Source: a virus (lineage: Duplodnaviria > Caudoviricetes). Taken from it: a stretch of DNA of 64,000 bases. This document shows positions 61,323 through 64,000 of this stretch, piece by piece. The number at the start of each line of letters is the position of its first letter. Position 1 is the stretch's first letter. The notes beneath the pieces were generated by a model. It had not been told where the DNA came from and did not search any database. It worked only from the letters and a program-made list of their open reading frames with translations. Location: positions 12,916-76,915 of the IMG/VR virus record IMGVR_UViG_3300044829_000002. One strand, 5' to 3'. A program made the translations under genes and the position numbers.

Positions 61323-61697
61323 TTAACTCGACGTTCTACCGGCAAGTATGAGCAGATCAGCGGTGATTGCGCCAGAGGCCCAGTCCTCGGGTCGCCACAG
61401 TCGGCCCAGCGAACCGAGCGCGGCGAGCCAATGGAGTTGGTCGATTGACGGATCGTCCTTGACCGTTTTCAGCTCAGCGAACAGTGCCCGCCCGCCGAAT
61501 GCCATAGCGAGATCCGGGAACCCGACCTTGCCTTCAATGGGGGTGCGCCATGTCTCTTTGCCTCGGACCGTCACCCGTGCTGGCCGGAAGTGGCATACGC
61601 AAGTGATGTGGAACTTGGCGCACGCGTCGAATACGTTGGCTTGCAGCTCGGCGTGGCTCATGCGGGTCACCCAGCCGGGAAGACGCGTGGCGCTCAT
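61323..61697 (-). CDS. VRR-NUC / PD-(D/E)xK nuclease
   Basis: GFPDL..FAELKT..Q..WL..L..LWRPEDW. Confidence 0.8.
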   Translation of the reverse strand: MSATRLPGWVTRMSHAELQANVFDACAKFHITCVCHFRPARVTVRGKETWRTPIEGKVGFPDLAMAFGGRALFAELKTVKDDPSIDQLHWLAALGSLGRLWRPEDWASGAITADLLILAGRTSS

Positions 61698-61936
61698 CGG
61701 GTTACCCGAGGCGCACTGTCGCCGCATACTTTGTCGTAGTGCTCCTGCATCAGTGCAACAGCCGCCGTCTTTGTCGCGGCCCTGACCTGGCCGGTGTCGC
61801 ACCAGGAGCACGTCAGCACCCATCCGTGAAACTCCGTGTACGCCTCTCCCGTTTCTTGAACCGAGTCAGCGTGCTCCTCGGCGGCAATGCGTGCCGCTCG
61901 ATCATCCAGTGATTCCGATGCTGCCGACCAGATCAT
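61694..61936 (-). CDS. hypothetical protein
   Basis: CSWC...H..C motif; overlap pattern. Confidence 0.55.
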   Translation of the reverse strand: MIWSAASESLDDRAARIAAEEHADSVQETGEAYTEFHGWVLTCSWCDTGQVRAATKTAAVALMQEHYDKVCGDSAPRVTR

Positions 61937-62136
61937 TCGCTGCTGCCTTTCTCGGTCTCCTCGGTAACCCCAACAGAGGCGGAAGCGAGCAGCGCGTGAA
62001 CATGCGCAGTCGCGATCAACAGTTGCCGCGTCTGGATGTCGTGCAGCCATGGGGCGTCCACGTCGGCACCGACCCTGCACCACGCGTTTTTGATCAGGCC
62101 CTCAGCCCGCTCCCGGTGGTACTCCGCTGTGCTCAT
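61933..62136 (-). CDS. hypothetical protein
   Basis: YHRERAE...ATAHVHALLA; overlap pattern. Confidence 0.6.
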   Translation of the reverse strand: MSTAEYHRERAEGLIKNAWCRVGADVDAPWLHDIQTRQLLIATAHVHALLASASVGVTEETEKGSSE

Positions 62137-62342
62137 TTCGCTGCCTCAATCCATACCGGTGTGAACAGGCAGGTCGTGCGGCGCACCAGCCAGGGCCAGC
62201 GGTTCCGCACCGCCAGCACCGTCGCTAATCCCGCCGCGTGGTGTTTGACCCGCAGTACCAGCCACCGCCCCGAGTGGTCACCCCACGACAGGCGGTCCCC
62301 GCGCCTGATGTCCGCAGCCGTGCGCCAATCGAACGCCGTCAT
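62133..62342 (-). CDS. hypothetical protein
   Basis: TAADIRRGD small beta-barrel-like start. Confidence 0.5.
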   Translation of the reverse strand: MTAFDWRTAADIRRGDRLSWGDHSGRWLVLRVKHHAAGLATVLAVRNRWPWLVRRTTCLFTPVWIEAAK

Positions 62343-62479
62343 CAGTCGCCCCTCGTGATCCACAGCCCGAGCAGAATCGACCCGAACACGAGCAGGCCAA
62401 TCGTGATCATGATCAAGCCGATTACCGTCTCTCTCCTACTATGACGTAGCAGCCATGCCTCAATATCATCGTCGGTCAC
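62342..62479 (-). CDS. small membrane protein
   Basis: GTG start; VIGLIMITIGLLVFGSILLGLWI TM segment. Confidence 0.55.
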   Translation of the reverse strand: MTDDDIEAWLLRHSRRETVIGLIMITIGLLVFGSILLGLWITRGD

Positions 62480-62670
62480 AGCGGTGTGACCTCCACCCAC
62501 GTTGTGCCCGACGATGAGCCGGACATGCCGATCAGCAGCGCGTCTTTCATCGCAGGATAGTGAGCGGGGCAGCCGAACCAGTGAGCGCCGCCGATGGATT
62601 GATGCAGCTTCACCACGGGCGGCACGGTGCATCCCCGGTAGGTGCAGCGCGGCTTGGGTTCATCAGGCAT
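62476..62670 (-). CDS. hypothetical protein (CxxxxC...CxxH)
   Basis: RBS AAAGGGA; overlap pattern. Confidence 0.55.
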   Translation of the reverse strand: MPDEPKPRCTYRGCTVPPVVKLHQSIGGAHWFGCPAHYPAMKDALLIGMSGSSSGTTWVEVTPL

Positions 62671-62974
62671 CCTGGTTCCCTTTGCGCTGCATTGTCTCCG
62701 CGAGTTCCTGCAACACCCGCCCCACGTTCGGCCCGCGCCACATGTAGACGGTGCCGTGCTCGTCCGGCAGCGCCTTGGTGGCGAACAGCACCGAGGCAGC
62801 AGTCATCGCCGGGTGATGTCGGCGCGGACATGCGGGATTGAAACAGTGACAATCCGGGGTGTCCCAGATCGGTTCGACGGTCAACGCATTGGTGGACCCC
62901 AGGTTCGGCAACTCGATCTCGAACGACTGATCGTTGTCGGTGGTGAACATCAGCTTGGCACTCGTGATCTTCAA
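62663..62974 (-). CDS. hypothetical protein
   Basis: TTG start overlapping the upstream TGA, RBS AAGGGAG. Confidence 0.5.
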   Translation of the reverse strand: MKITSAKLMFTTDNDQSFEIELPNLGSTNALTVEPIWDTPDCHCFNPACPRRHHPAMTAASVLFATKALPDEHGTVYMWRGPNVGRVLQELAETMQRKGNQDA

Positions 62975-63279
62975 CTCGTAACTCCCTTGACATCGTTCAT
63001 CAGAAACCGGCACCCGTAGTGGAACCGGCCCTTGCGCGCCCACGCCTTGCAGCCGACACCGAGTGCGGTGCACTGATCGCAGATCGCAGCTCCCAGCCCG
63101 ATCCACACGGTTGAGTGCAACTTGCCGGACGGAATGGACTGCTCATGGCCCGACTCGTCGTGCCGGTCATGACGGCCCAACGGGTAGCCACATGCGGGAC
63201 ACGTCAACCAGAACAGGCCGTCATCATCGGTCAGCATGATCGCGTGATGCCGTGCCCGGTACCGGCTGAACAGTCTCAT
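62971..63279 (-). CDS. hypothetical Cys-rich protein
   Basis: CPAC, CDQC; ATGA overlap. Confidence 0.5.
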   Translation of the reverse strand: MRLFSRYRARHHAIMLTDDDGLFWLTCPACGYPLGRHDRHDESGHEQSIPSGKLHSTVWIGLGAAICDQCTALGVGCKAWARKGRFHYGCRFLMNDVKGVTS

Positions 63280-63677
63280 GCCCGTCGGTACTCCCGCAGC
63301 ACATGAGCGATAGTGAGCACCAAGGCATTACCGACGTGAGGCTGATTCAGATCGGGGTAGCTGTTGATCAGATGCTCGATACGCGAGATTGCCTCACGTG
63401 CTGAGTCTGTCTCTAGTTTGATGTCGCGTGCTCGCGCCGCGCATCGGTCGGACAGGTCGGCAAGCGAGTAGCCCGTCAGGGAGAAATCGGTATCAACGAT
63501 GATGTCCTCGATCACCGAGACAACCTCGTACAGCAGCACAGCGGTTTTCTCGTCCTGCTCGTCCACGTGACCGGCGATCGGCCCCATGTTGATCGGCGGC
63601 AGATTGCCACGGTCAACAGGCTTGAACCGCAGATCGAACGGTGCGCTAGGGAATGTCCGGCGTCGCTTCGGTCGCAT
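63276..63677 (-). CDS. hypothetical helical protein
   Basis: RBS GGAGG; overlap pattern. Confidence 0.55.
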   Translation of the reverse strand: MRPKRRRTFPSAPFDLRFKPVDRGNLPPINMGPIAGHVDEQDEKTAVLLYEVVSVIEDIIVDTDFSLTGYSLADLSDRCAARARDIKLETDSAREAISRIEHLINSYPDLNQPHVGNALVLTIAHVLREYRRA

Positions 63678-63930
63678 CAGTGGCCTCCGTGGTCGTACTC
63701 GGTGCGACGGTATCAGACGGCTCGAACGTCACCGACATCTGGTCAGCGCCGTCACTGTTGATCATGTGGACGGCAGCCATGTCGTCGCCGCCGCATAGTG
63801 GCCCGTCCACGCCGTTATACGCCGTGTGGTGAGAAACGAACCCATCCTCGGTCACTTCGCGCATCTGTCCGCAGCCGGGGCACATCGTTGATGCCCGCAT
63901 GTACTCGTCGGCCAGCGCTGCGGCGCTCAC
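63646..63930 (-). CDS. hypothetical protein (CPGC...H..C)
   Basis: GTG start estimate; start is uncertain near the window edge. Confidence 0.45.
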   Translation of the reverse strand: MSAAALADEYMRASTMCPGCGQMREVTEDGFVSHHTAYNGVDGPLCGGDDMAAVHMINSDGADQMSVTFEPSDTVAPSTTTEATDATEATPDIP

Positions 63931-64000
63931 CGACTCATCGGCGTCATGCACCGACGAGCTGGCTGGCCTGCCGCAACTCCTCACGCCGCAGATGTGATGC

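Noticed and set aside
1-64000. tRNA, rRNA or CRISPR arrays
   Set aside because: No cloverleaf with a T-loop GTTCRA in intergenic space and no regularly spaced direct repeats were found by eye; tRNAscan/CRISPR tools would confirm.

Overview
The window is almost a whole tailed actinobacteriophage genome (high GC, siphovirus-like), and every supportable gene lies on the minus strand. In transcription order (right to left): small late-early genes, a VRR-NUC nuclease, WhiB, terminase small subunit, an HNH-type lipoprotein and terminase large subunit. Then comes a ~17 kb insert holding a papain-like protease, a glycan-biosynthesis cluster and the lysis cassette; the cluster has five GT2 genes, a UDP-glucose-dehydrogenase-family enzyme, an NDP-sugar C-methyltransferase, an extended SDR and a SAM methyltransferase. 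Next are a mycobacteriophage cluster-B-like head module (portal, MuF-2H phosphoesterase fusion, protease, two capsid proteins), major tail, a 7 kb accessory structural block including a 20-repeat Thr/Pro/Val protein, tail genes, a GT4 and a strong hairpin. The window ends with YqaJ/RecT, replication genes and an early anti-restriction-like group (DUF932, ParB-N4C methyltransferase, ArdC-N). Read directly from the DNA: a palindrome TGTCG-N9-CGACA at 11 or more sites, mostly at promoters; a second palindrome GTACAG-N5-CTGTAC always 16-21 bp from the first; three promoters with PafBC/RecA-NDp geometry; and an HNH cassette that appears to have replaced the 3' end of its host gene with a synonymously recoded copy. 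No integrase, clear immunity repressor, DNA polymerase, tRNA or CRISPR array was seen. All family names come from motif recognition, not database searches.
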